Shown here: positions 14,371-23,624 of the stretch, piece by piece
Position numbering within the stretch: position 1 is the first letter of the stretch
How the letters are laid out: every line of letters begins with the position of its first letter
Sequence record: PV394112.1
Direction: 5' to 3' (one strand)
DNA length: 24,000 bases
From: Ochrobactrum phage ZX86
Position numbers and translations under genes: made by a program
Notes under the pieces: model-generated
Database searches by the model: none
Seen by the model: only the letters and a program-made list of their open reading frames with translations
What the model was told of the DNA's origin: nothing

Positions 14371-15675
14371 ATGACAACAACTCCTTCACTTAATGTCGGC
14401 CAAAAAGCTGCGGCAGATGCTTTCTTTGACTTCCTGTTGACGGATGACAAAGAGTTCATCATCTCCGGCCCAGCAGGTGTCGGCAAGACCTTCCTGATGT
14501 CCTACATCATCAACGAGACCATGGTACATTACCATAAAGTCTGTGAATTGATGGGTATGGAGCCTCAGTACACCGAAGTCATGATGACTGCCACGACCAA
14601 CAAAGCGGCAGACGTTCTGGGGCAGGCTACAGGCCGTCCGACTTCCACCATTCACTCTTTCATGAACCTTCGTGTTCAGAACGACTTTGCCACCGGCAAG
14701 CAACTTCTCAGCCGCACGCGGTCATGGGAAGTACACAAGAACAAGATCATCTTTATCGATGAATGTTCGATGATCGATAGCGATCTTTACAACATGATCA
14801 AGGAAGGCACGTATAACTGCAAGCTGGTCTATGTTGGCGATCACAATCAGTTGGCTCCGGTGTTTGAAACACTCAGCCCAATCTATCGTCAGAACGCCCC
14901 GTTCTATGAACTGACTGAGCAGATGCGTAACCGCAACAATCAAGCGCTCATGGATGTCTGCCAGCAGCTTCGTGAAACCGTTGAGAGCGGCGTATTCAAC
15001 CCGATCCATGTGGATCAGCAGAGCGTCATTCTGCTTGACGATGATGAAATGCAGGGCCGACTTGCAGAACATTTCGTCATGCCAATTGACGATAGCACGT
15101 CTCGCGTGCTGGCCTACACCAACAAGCAGGTGAACGAATACAACCTCTATCTGCGTGAGCAGAAGAACCTGCCTGATCTGTTGACTGATGGCGAAATCAT
15201 GATCAACAATTCTGCCGTGCGGATCGGTAACAAATACCAAATGTCCGTCGAGCAGGAAGTCAAAGTCATTGATGCTCAGGGTAACTCAACCTACAAGATC
15301 AATGATGAATTCGATCTTCCGATCCAGCGTATGACGCTGGAAACCAATTATGGCGAGCGTATCCCGGTCGCTATCCCAACGGATCGTAATTATTTCGACC
15401 AGCTTCTGAAGCACTTTGCTTCCAAAAAGAACTGGGAGAAGCATTACTTCCTGAAGGAAAATTTCCCTGACCTTCGGCCCCGTGATGCTGCAACCGTGCA
15501 TAAATCGCAGGGGAGCACGTATGACAGCGTGTTCATTGATCTGGAGAACATCTCCAAGGTCACACAACCGGATGTCGCTGCACGCATGCTCTATGTGGCT
15601 TTCTCGCGTGCTCGTTCTAAGGTCTATCTCTATGGCAACCTTGCGAAACGCTTTGGTGGCCTGATCACCCCGTAA
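14371..15675 (+). CDS. SF1 DNA helicase, Dda/RecD2-like (N4 gp37-like)
   Basis: Walker A ISGPAGVGKTFL, FIDECSMID, VYVGDHNQLAPV, LTEQMRNR, ATVHKSQGSTYDSVF, LYVAFSRARSKVYLYG. ATG 14371 preferred because the track start (14338) is inside the terminator. Confidence 0.88.
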   Translation: MTTTPSLNVGQKAAADAFFDFLLTDDKEFIISGPAGVGKTFLMSYIINETMVHYHKVCELMGMEPQYTEVMMTATTNKAADVLGQATGRPTSTIHSFMNLRVQNDFATGKQLLSRTRSWEVHKNKIIFIDECSMIDSDLYNMIKEGTYNCKLVYVGDHNQLAPVFETLSPIYRQNAPFYELTEQMRNRNNQALMDVCQQLRETVESGVFNPIHVDQQSVILLDDDEMQGRLAEHFVMPIDDSTSRVLAYTNKQVNEYNLYLREQKNLPDLLTDGEIMINNSAVRIGNKYQMSVEQEVKVIDAQGNSTYKINDEFDLPIQRMTLETNYGERIPVAIPTDRNYFDQLLKHFASKKNWEKHYFLKENFPDLRPRDAATVHKSQGSTYDSVFIDLENISKVTQPDVAARMLYVAFSRARSKVYLYGNLAKRFGGLITP

Positions 15676-15685
15676 GGAACCAGAC

Positions 15686-16261
15686 ATGATGCACTCACGC
15701 AGCAGATACGGTCGCCTGACCAGTAAGGAGCAATTCGAGCAACGTAAGCTCGATATGAAAGCTCATACCGACATGATCAATGATATGGTTCTTCAATTCA
15801 CCATTGATGAGCAGAACCATATCGATCAGCTTGTCCGGGATATTATCTCGGAGAATACCAAGCTAACCGGCAAGGACGGTTTTTACTGGAATGGCCGGGT
15901 GCTCTCCAATGTCCAGACCCAAAAGGGTCTTGGAACCATGCACTTGCAGAAGGCGCCTATCCACCCTTCTTTGAAGGATAAAATGCTGGATGCTCAGTCA
16001 TTTTGGGATAGGCTTGCTGCTGACAGAAAGAAGCTCACACAGGGCTTGGCTGTGCTGCTGCGTAATGCCAATGGTAAACAGGAAGTACGTGATGCACTCC
16101 CTGAATTGGCCGTTAAGATGCTTGACGGCGGGCGGCTTCTGTCGCTACCACGCACGCAGCCAGAGTTATACACGTTGACCAGCCCACTGCACCGAAAGCA
16201 GTTCAAGGAAACGGAAGAACTCATGTATTTCTATCTGGCTTCCCGTATCATCACAGGATAG
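15686..16261 (+). CDS. hypothetical protein between helicase and DNA polymerase, 191 aa
   Basis: ORF in compact operon context. Confidence 0.65.
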   Translation: MMHSRSRYGRLTSKEQFEQRKLDMKAHTDMINDMVLQFTIDEQNHIDQLVRDIISENTKLTGKDGFYWNGRVLSNVQTQKGLGTMHLQKAPIHPSLKDKMLDAQSFWDRLAADRKKLTQGLAVLLRNANGKQEVRDALPELAVKMLDGGRLLSLPRTQPELYTLTSPLHRKQFKETEELMYFYLASRIITG

Positions 16262-16264
16262 GCC

Positions 16265-18841
16265 ATGAAATATTACCTGTATAATGAGGAGACTAATCCT
16301 CTCCTCTGTGTGCTTTCCGGTACTATCAACGCAGACACGACCAAAAAAGAGTATCTCGATCCTTTTGGTATTGACCAAGATGCAGCGATGATCCTCGATC
16401 TCGAAAAGGCTCCGGGCAAAAAGAAAACCCCGGCAGCGGTGATGAAAGCCTATCTCGCTGAAGAAGTACAGCCGGTACTGGATGAGCAAAACATTCAGTA
16501 CATCGTCTGTGCCGATGCCGACTATTACAAGGTGCTGACAGGGCAGACCAAAGCCGATCTTCAGGTCGGATACGTCCAGCCTTCTGTCTATGGTTCCCAA
16601 CAGGTCGTGTATGTCCCAAACTATGCTGCGATTTTCTATAATCCAGAACTGACACGGGACAAGATCAAGCGTTCAATGGACGCTTTGCTTTCTCATGCCC
16701 AAGGACTTTACCGGCCACCGGGAGACGATGTGATTAAGTTCGCAGCGTATCCCGAAGAGCCGCACGAAATCCTTGAGTGGCTGAACAAGCTCAAGGCTAT
16801 GAAACGCCCATTGTCATGCGATATTGAGGGCTATGGCCTCAAGCCCTACACCTCTGGTATCGCGACAATTACCTTCTGCTGGAACCAAGAAGAAGGGATA
16901 GCGTTTCCGGTCGATAAATCGAGCAATCCGGCGCTGGTGAGGCAGTATCTCAGAGACTTCTTTGAAAGCTTTGAGCAGACTATCCTCTATCACCATATCG
17001 CCTTTGACGTTACCGTACTAATATACCAACTATATATGAAGCATATTACCGACACCAAGGGATTGCTTCGTGGCCTCAAGGTCTTGTTGCGGAATTGGCA
17101 CGATACACGTCTGATCACCTATCTGGCCACAAACTCGTGTGCCGGAAACAAGCTCGGTCTCAAAGAACAAGCTCAGGAGTTTGCTGGGGATTATGCCCAA
17201 GTAAACATTACCGACATAACCAAAATCGGTGATGCCGATCTCCTGACCTACAACCTTGTGGATGGGTTATCCACTTGGTACGTCTATAACAAACACTGGC
17301 AAACCATGGTCGATGACGACCAGTTGAAGATTTATAATGAAATCTTCAAGCCAGCTATTGTTGACATCGTACAGATGCAGTTGACCGGCCTGCCGGTGAA
17401 CATGGATCGTGTTTACGAAGTCGAGAAAATCTTGCAGGTCGATAATGATATTGCTCTCGCAGAGATGCGAAAAAGCGATGTCATGGAGGAGTACATCTAT
17501 CTCCTCAAAGAAAAGTGGATCGAAAAGGAAAATGCTCGCCTGAAAAAGCTGCGTCGAACAATGGACGATGCAGAAGGTAAGGTCGAGTTTAATCCGAACA
17601 GCGGTCCACAACTTGCAACCTTGCTCTACGAGCATCTCGGACTGCCGGTCATTGCTCTCACCAAGAGTAAAGCCCCGGCGACAGGTGGTAAGGTACTGAA
17701 GAACCTGAAGAACCATACGGATGATCCCGTGGTTCTGGACTTCTTGGATCGACTGATCGCTTATAAGGCGGTCAATAAAATCCTGACCAGCTTTATTCCA
17801 GCATTCAAGATGGCCCGTCAGGGACCGGATGGCTGGCACTATCTGCTAGGCAATTTCAATCTCGGCGGTACGCTGTCAGGGCGGTTGTCTTCCAGTGACC
17901 CAAACTTGCAGAACCTCCCGGCAACGGGCAGCAAGTATGCGAAGCTGATCAAGTCTATCTTCTCTGCACCACCCGGCTGGTTCTTCTGTGGTATTGACTT
18001 CAATGCTCTGGAAGACCGTATCAGTGCTTTGACGACCAAAGACCCGAATAAGCTGAAGGTTTATACCGATGGCTATGACGGTCACTGCCTACGTGCACAT
18101 GCGTACTTCGGTGAGCATATGCCAGACATTGACCCGACAACGGTCGAGGGCATCAACTCCATTGAAAAGAAGTATAAGGACTTCCGACAAAAGGGTAAAT
18201 CTCCAACATTCGCAATGACTTATCAGGGAACCTACATCACCCTGATGAAGAACTGTGGTTTCACGGAAGAGCTTGCCAAGGACGTGGAAGCCAAGTTCAA
18301 AATCCTCTATAAAGTCTCGATAGACTGGGTGGATGCACACTTGGAAGCTGCGACCAAGACCGGCTATGTCACTGTGGCATTCGGTCTGCGTGTCAGAACT
18401 CCCCTGCTTCATCAGGTCATTCGCAAGAATGGCAGGACACCATTTGAAGCCGATGCAGAAGGCCGATCAGCCGGTAATGCACTCGGTCAATCATGGTGCT
18501 TGCTCAATTCTCGTGCTGGCTCTGAATTTATGGGGAAAGTCAGAAAAAGCCGGTATTGCCTCTCGATTAAGCCTTGTGCTCAAATCCACGATGCGCAATA
18601 TTACCTCGTCCGTGATGACGTGAAGACCATGAAATTCGCTAACGATAACGTGGTCCAAGCAGTCGAATGGCAGGAAGACCCACTAATTCAGCATGACGAA
18701 GTGAAACTAGGCGGTGCGTTCAGCATCTTCTATCCGACATGGGTAGAGGAATGCGACATACCGAATGGTGCGTCATTGGATGAAATCCGAGGATCGCTCA
18801 AAGAGCACCTCGTTAAACTCGAAGAAAAGAAAGCAGCATGA
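16265..18841 (+). CDS. family A DNA polymerase with 3'-5' exonuclease domain (N4 gp39-like)
   Basis: Exo I-like SCDIEGYGLKPYTSG, SGRLSSSDPNLQNLP, motif A CGIDFNALEDRISAL, motif B RQKGKSPTFAMTYQGT, motif C AQIHDAQYYLV. Confidence 0.92.
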   Translation: MKYYLYNEETNPLLCVLSGTINADTTKKEYLDPFGIDQDAAMILDLEKAPGKKKTPAAVMKAYLAEEVQPVLDEQNIQYIVCADADYYKVLTGQTKADLQVGYVQPSVYGSQQVVYVPNYAAIFYNPELTRDKIKRSMDALLSHAQGLYRPPGDDVIKFAAYPEEPHEILEWLNKLKAMKRPLSCDIEGYGLKPYTSGIATITFCWNQEEGIAFPVDKSSNPALVRQYLRDFFESFEQTILYHHIAFDVTVLIYQLYMKHITDTKGLLRGLKVLLRNWHDTRLITYLATNSCAGNKLGLKEQAQEFAGDYAQVNITDITKIGDADLLTYNLVDGLSTWYVYNKHWQTMVDDDQLKIYNEIFKPAIVDIVQMQLTGLPVNMDRVYEVEKILQVDNDIALAEMRKSDVMEEYIYLLKEKWIEKENARLKKLRRTMDDAEGKVEFNPNSGPQLATLLYEHLGLPVIALTKSKAPATGGKVLKNLKNHTDDPVVLDFLDRLIAYKAVNKILTSFIPAFKMARQGPDGWHYLLGNFNLGGTLSGRLSSSDPNLQNLPATGSKYAKLIKSIFSAPPGWFFCGIDFNALEDRISALTTKDPNKLKVYTDGYDGHCLRAHAYFGEHMPDIDPTTVEGINSIEKKYKDFRQKGKSPTFAMTYQGTYITLMKNCGFTEELAKDVEAKFKILYKVSIDWVDAHLEAATKTGYVTVAFGLRVRTPLLHQVIRKNGRTPFEADAEGRSAGNALGQSWCLLNSRAGSEFMGKVRKSRYCLSIKPCAQIHDAQYYLVRDDVKTMKFANDNVVQAVEWQEDPLIQHDEVKLGGAFSIFYPTWVEECDIPNGASLDEIRGSLKEHLVKLEEKKAA

Positions 18842-19398
18842 CAAAAGCAGTTACCCGAATGAACTTTTGGATGATCTACTCGCTTGTTCGCTACAAGCAG
18901 GGCGTCACCGAAAAGCAGGCACCTGTTAACGTGGTTCTCGCCACGTCTGAGCAGTATCTCAATCAGGCAGCACTGGGCCGTGCGAACCAGATGGCACAGG
19001 TACAGGCTCTCAACTCTGGTCTGCTTCCTGAAAACTCCGTCACGCTCGGCGTTGTGATCGGTAGCCTCAACTTCATGGGACAGATGAGCGATGAAGAATT
19101 CTCGGCTACGCTCAGCGATAACCAGCCTCCTTCGGAACAGATCACCATCGGCGACGAACACGGCAACACCTACGATGCAGCAGAACTGCTCGCCCGTGAT
19201 GCTGGAATGTCCCCCGTCGAGACGACACCACCAGCAGTCGCTGACGGAAGCGTTGCAGGAAGCGATGGCGGAAACAGCACCATTGCTCCAACAGGTGATG
19301 CTGACGCAGAAGCTGACACCCCAGCAGCAACAGATGCGGCAACGAATGTTGACGTTTCTGCAACAGAGGGAAATGCAGATGGCGTCGTCGGCGACTAA
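18838..19398 (+). CDS. hypothetical protein with acidic Ala/Asp/Thr/Gly-rich C-terminal tail
   Basis: ATGA overlap with the polymerase stop; good coding continuity. Confidence 0.65.
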   Translation: MTKAVTRMNFWMIYSLVRYKQGVTEKQAPVNVVLATSEQYLNQAALGRANQMAQVQALNSGLLPENSVTLGVVIGSLNFMGQMSDEEFSATLSDNQPPSEQITIGDEHGNTYDAAELLARDAGMSPVETTPPAVADGSVAGSDGGNSTIAPTGDADAEADTPAATDAATNVDVSATEGNADGVVGD

Positions 19399-19696
19399 AG
19401 GCGAGCACTCTGGGGGCAAGGTGAATTATTACCTTGCCTATGTCCAGTACCCTCGCCGGGAAGGTCAGCCAGCGTATCAGGCGGAATGTGAAGACATTAT
19501 CGCAGCGCTGGAAATGACCTTTGACGAAGGCTGTGCTTTCAAGGCTATCTGGCGGTCAGCCGCCGCCCGTAAGGGAGCCAAGAAAGAAGGCCATGATGCC
19601 GTTTATGATGCTGATAAAGTCGTTCATTACGGTATGAATATGGCTCGTACTGCTCGCCAAAAGGCTGAGGAGTACAAGGTCATAATTCACAGATAG
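19379..19696 (+). CDS. hypothetical phage protein, 105 aa
   Basis: ATG at 19379 gives MASSATKGEHSGGKVNYYLAYVQYPRREGQPAYQAECEDIIAALEMTFDEGCAFKAIWRSAAARKG..., resembling a small protein found near replication genes in many podophages. The track start at 19091 is in an alternate frame of the previous gene. Confidence 0.65.
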   Translation: MASSATKGEHSGGKVNYYLAYVQYPRREGQPAYQAECEDIIAALEMTFDEGCAFKAIWRSAAARKGAKKEGHDAVYDADKVVHYGMNMARTARQKAEEYKVIIHR

Positions 19697-19700
19697 GGGA

Positions 19701-19718
19701 TGGGGGAGTAATCCCCCA
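19701..19718 (+). terminator. Hairpin TGGGGGA-GTAA-TCCCCCA (terminator-like, no T-tract)
   Basis: Perfect 7-bp GC-rich stem directly after the stop at 19696. Confidence 0.55.
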
Positions 19719-19755
19719 CTCTGATTATTATCCAAATAATTATCGAGGTAATATA

Positions 19756-20727
19756 GTGAACTTCACAAACATCCATAACATCAGTCTGCCGATTGCTGTT
19801 TGGTTGCTGCATGATGAGTACGATTATGTTCATAAGCCGAACTATATCAGTGCGACCTCTTTGCTTGCACCTTTGAAACAATTCATCCTTTCAAAGCGAA
19901 TTCCTCTTGAGGATCGCCAGATGGATGCGTCAGACTTCATCGCTGCCAGCTTTGGTACAGCCGTTCACGATAGTATCGAGAAGGCTTGGATCAAACGTGG
20001 TCCCGAACTCATGGAGAAGCTTGGTATTCCCAAGGCAATCTGTGATCGCATCATCGTCAACCCTACCGATGATTATTTGCGTGATAATCCTGATGCTCTG
20101 CCAGTCTGGATTGAACAGCGTGGTTTCAAGGAAATCGACGGCTACACAGTCGGCGGTAAGTTCGACATCGTTATCGACAAGCGTCTCTTTGACGTAAAGA
20201 CAACGTCTGTCTGGGCTTACATCTTTGGTTCCCGTGATGAAGATCATAGCAGACAGGGCAGCATCTATCGCTGGCTTTTCCCTGACCTGATCAAAGACGA
20301 CTTCGTCTATATCAACTATGTCTTTACCGACTGGTCGAAGAAAGACGCTCTGGCAAAGCCGGACAGCTATCCTCAGTTGAAGACCATTGAGAAGGCTGTG
20401 CCTCTCATGTCTCTCGAACAGACTGAGCAATGGGTGCGAGATCAGATCGCACGCATCAAAAAATACCGTGACAAGCCGGAGAGTGAAATCCCGGAATGTA
20501 CCGATGAAGACCTTTGGCGTTCAGCGCCCAAGTACAAGTATTATTCCGATCCGAGCAAGACCAGCGGTCGCTCAACGAAGAACTTCGACAGCAAAGCCGA
20601 GGCTCATGCTCATTGCCAGAATGCTGGTAAGGGCGTGGTCATCGAAGAATTTGGCGAAGTGAAGCGCTGTGGCTACTGTGCGGCTGCTCCGATCTGCCAA
20701 CAGAGATTGAGGTATTTCGATGTTTGA
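19756..20727 (+). CDS. PD-(D/E)XK exonuclease, Cas4/RecB-like
   Basis: FGTAVHDSIEKAW, GGKFDIVIDKRLFDVKTTS, RQGSIYRWLFP, and C-terminal Cys cluster AHAHC...RCGYCAAAPIC. GTG start. Confidence 0.8.
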   Translation: MNFTNIHNISLPIAVWLLHDEYDYVHKPNYISATSLLAPLKQFILSKRIPLEDRQMDASDFIAASFGTAVHDSIEKAWIKRGPELMEKLGIPKAICDRIIVNPTDDYLRDNPDALPVWIEQRGFKEIDGYTVGGKFDIVIDKRLFDVKTTSVWAYIFGSRDEDHSRQGSIYRWLFPDLIKDDFVYINYVFTDWSKKDALAKPDSYPQLKTIEKAVPLMSLEQTEQWVRDQIARIKKYRDKPESEIPECTDEDLWRSAPKYKYYSDPSKTSGRSTKNFDSKAEAHAHCQNAGKGVVIEEFGEVKRCGYCAAAPICQQRLRYFDV

Positions 20728-22879
20728 TGTTGATCTGACGAAGGTCGAGCATCACGAAGCAATCAACGATATTGTTGAGGTTCTGGGTAATAAAACCCAG
20801 AACACCGACAAGGGGTTTTTTCGTGCTGAAGCGGCCTTCTTTATCAGCAAAGTTGCATCCAATATGCGTGCGACTATCGTCACCAAAGACCGTGGCGAGG
20901 TGCCTGTAAACACCTATGTCATGGCTCTGGCAACGTCCGGCTTTGGTAAAGGCCATTCGGTCAGCATCGTTGAAAATGAATTCCTGAAAGGCTTCAAACA
21001 AGTCTTTATGGAAGAAACAATGCCGGTCATTGCCGAGCAATCCATGTGGGAAATCGCCAATCATCGTGCGGTCCGCAATGGCACTGAACCAGACGAAGAA
21101 AAGGACAAGCTGGATCGTGAATATCGTCTGACGGGTGCATATCCGTTCACATTCGATAGTGGCACAGCACCGGCAGTCAAACAGCTTCGTCAGAAGCTTC
21201 TGTTGTCTAAGATCGGTGCGGTCAATCTTCAGATTGACGAAATCGGTTCCAATCTGGTTGCCAATACTGACGTAATGACGCTCTATCTTGAGCTATACGA
21301 TCAGGGCATGGTCAAGCAGAAGCTCACCAAGAACACGGCAGAGAGCCAGCGAACAGAGGAAGTTGACGGTAAAACACCGGCTAACATGCTTCTGTTTGGT
21401 ACTCCGTCCAAACTCTTGGATGGTGGCATGGTGGAAGATCAGTTTTATGACTTCCTCGAAACCGGGTATGCTCGTCGCTGTATCTTCGGATATGGGCAGC
21501 ACTTTCGCCCACAGGACACGCTGACACCGGCTGAAATCTTCCAGCGTTTGACCCAACCGCAGAATAGTCAGGTAATCGATAAGTGGGCATACCGCTTTGA
21601 AGAACTTGGCGATCCCCAGTTCTACGGCTGGAAAATGACGGTCGAAGATGATGTTGCTATCGAACTGATAGCATACAAAACGCATTGCGAAACGATCAGC
21701 GATAACTACGCTGAGCATGAAGACATTCGCAAGGCTGAGCACTCTCACCGCTATTTCAAGGCGTTGAAACTGGCAGGCGCTTATGCGTTCCTCGACCAGT
21801 CGTCCAACATTGAAATGGAACACCTGCATGCAGCTATCAAGCTGGTGGAGGAAAGTGGCGAAGCATTCCAGAACATCCTGAACCGTGAAAAGGCTTATGT
21901 GAAGCTGGCGAAGTATATTGCTTCAGTTGATGCTGAACTGACCCATACGGACCTCATGGAAGCTCTGCCTTATTACAAGGCAAGCAGTGCTGCTCGTAAT
22001 GAGCAAATCGCTTTGGCAACCGCATGGGCGTACAAGCGCCACATCATCATCAAGAAGACGTTTGTTGACGGGATTGAGTTCTTCCGGGGTGAAGCCCTGA
22101 AGGAAACTGATCTAGATGCTCTGACGATCTCCTATTCGCAGCATTTTGCGTACAACTATCTCAATGAAACTGTTCCTTGGGATCGTTTGCATGAACTGAT
22201 GCTGGCACCTAATCACCACTGGATTAACCATCATGCTGCCAAAGGCCATCGGGCCGAAGAAAACATGATCCCCGGTTTTGATATGCTGGTGCTCGATGTT
22301 GATGGAACCATGCCACTCGACACTGTCCATGAGTTGATGGCTAAGTGGAAATTCCTCACCTATACGACGAAGCGGCATACCGCTGCTGAAAATCGTTTCC
22401 GTTTGATTATCCCTATAAATTACCGTCTTAATATGGACAGTAATGAGTACAAGGAATTGATCAACGGGGTGCTTGCTTGGTTGCCTTTTGTCTCTGATGA
22501 AAGTACCAATCAACGGTCCAAAAAATGGATGACAAATGACAAGGGCCATCACCATTACAATGATGGTGAAGTCTTCGACATTCTGCCATTCATCCCGAAG
22601 ACCAGTCGCAATGAAGCACATATGGCTGAGTTCCAGAAACTGGAAAGTCTCGACAACCTTGAGCGTTGGTTCGCCCAGCGGATCAGCGAAGGCAATCGCA
22701 ACAATAACATGTTGAAATATGCCATGGCACTCAAGGACGGCGGTATGCTCTTTACCGATGCTGAAAAGCAGGTCCGGGAATTCAACCGCAAGCTCTCAAA
22801 CCCTCTATCCGAGGATGAGCTTGGATCGACCATCTTCCGCACGCTGGCGTCGAAATACGACAGTAGCCGGGTAATCTAA
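20720..22879 (+). CDS. large replication protein: N-terminal P-loop ATPase-like (DUF3987-like) plus C-terminal primase (AEP)-like region
   Basis: ALATSGFGKGHSVS (Walker A-like), NLQIDEIGSNL, LLFGTPSKLLDGGMVEDQFYDFLETGYARRCIFG; C-terminal VLDVDGTMPLDTVHELMAKWKFLTYTTKRHTAAENRFRLIIPI resembles AEP DxD and sxH motifs. In the N4 replication cluster (gp42-like by synteny). Confidence 0.65.
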   Translation: MFDVDLTKVEHHEAINDIVEVLGNKTQNTDKGFFRAEAAFFISKVASNMRATIVTKDRGEVPVNTYVMALATSGFGKGHSVSIVENEFLKGFKQVFMEETMPVIAEQSMWEIANHRAVRNGTEPDEEKDKLDREYRLTGAYPFTFDSGTAPAVKQLRQKLLLSKIGAVNLQIDEIGSNLVANTDVMTLYLELYDQGMVKQKLTKNTAESQRTEEVDGKTPANMLLFGTPSKLLDGGMVEDQFYDFLETGYARRCIFGYGQHFRPQDTLTPAEIFQRLTQPQNSQVIDKWAYRFEELGDPQFYGWKMTVEDDVAIELIAYKTHCETISDNYAEHEDIRKAEHSHRYFKALKLAGAYAFLDQSSNIEMEHLHAAIKLVEESGEAFQNILNREKAYVKLAKYIASVDAELTHTDLMEALPYYKASSAARNEQIALATAWAYKRHIIIKKTFVDGIEFFRGEALKETDLDALTISYSQHFAYNYLNETVPWDRLHELMLAPNHHWINHHAAKGHRAEENMIPGFDMLVLDVDGTMPLDTVHELMAKWKFLTYTTKRHTAAENRFRLIIPINYRLNMDSNEYKELINGVLAWLPFVSDESTNQRSKKWMTNDKGHHHYNDGEVFDILPFIPKTSRNEAHMAEFQKLESLDNLERWFAQRISEGNRNNNMLKYAMALKDGGMLFTDAEKQVREFNRKLSNPLSEDELGSTIFRTLASKYDSSRVI

Positions 22880-22889
22880 GGAGCATCTA

Positions 22890-23618
22890 TTGTCAGCCGA
22901 AAATCGTATGACTGTGCTCATTGGTGGTGAAAGTGGGACTGGCAAAACAGCCAGTCTCCGTAACCTCCGTGAGCCGGATAAAGTTCTGTACATGAACTGT
23001 GAGGCCAACAAGCGTTTGCCTTTCAAGAATTCATTTGCAGAAGTGCCTATCGATGATCCACGGGAAGTAATGGACCTCATGGATCAGGTGATCGAGCAGC
23101 CGGACGCTGTGTCCACTGCGGTCATTGATACCATCACATTCTTGATGAACCGTTACGAAAGCTATTACGTGATTGGTTCTGCAAACACTCAGAAGGCTTG
23201 GGGAGATTACTTCCAGTTTGCCCAAGAGCTTATGCAGGACAAGATCGCAAAGGCTAAGGTTCCGGTTCTCATGCTTGGACATACCCGTACCGATCTGCAC
23301 GAAGATAGCGGCGAATACCGCACACAGGTGCCGGTCAAGGGTGCTCTCAAGAACACTGGTATCGAAAGCTTCTTCTCTACCGTTGTCGGTGTGAAGAAAA
23401 TGAAGCTGGTTGATCTGAAGCCATATGAAAACGATATGCTGACGATCACCGAAGACGATGAAATCGTCGGCTTCAAACACGTCTTCCAGACCCGGATCAC
23501 CAAGAAGACGGTTGGCGAGCGTATCCGTGCGCCCATGGGTATGTGGACCAAAGAACAGACATATATCGACAATGACGCTCAGGTCTTGCTCGATCATATG
23601 TTCAAGTATTACTCGTAA
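22890..23618 (+). CDS. RecA-like / Sak4-like ATPase (AAA_24-type)
   Basis: LIGGESGTGKTASLRNL, STAVIDTITFLMNRY, VPVLMLGHTRTD. TTG start with AAGGAG 5-10 nt upstream; ATG alternative at 22908. Confidence 0.75.
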   Translation: MSAENRMTVLIGGESGTGKTASLRNLREPDKVLYMNCEANKRLPFKNSFAEVPIDDPREVMDLMDQVIEQPDAVSTAVIDTITFLMNRYESYYVIGSANTQKAWGDYFQFAQELMQDKIAKAKVPVLMLGHTRTDLHEDSGEYRTQVPVKGALKNTGIESFFSTVVGVKKMKLVDLKPYENDMLTITEDDEIVGFKHVFQTRITKKTVGERIRAPMGMWTKEQTYIDNDAQVLLDHMFKYYS

Positions 23619-23624
23619 TCCCTC

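Noticed and set aside
18730-19419. 229-aa minus-strand ORF (also 9936-10571, 16166-16600, 17267-17839, 5358-5975, 21293-21829, 23031-23597)
   Set aside because: They lie antisense to well-supported conserved + strand genes, have no convincing RBS or recognisable motifs, and look like codon-bias shadow ORFs.
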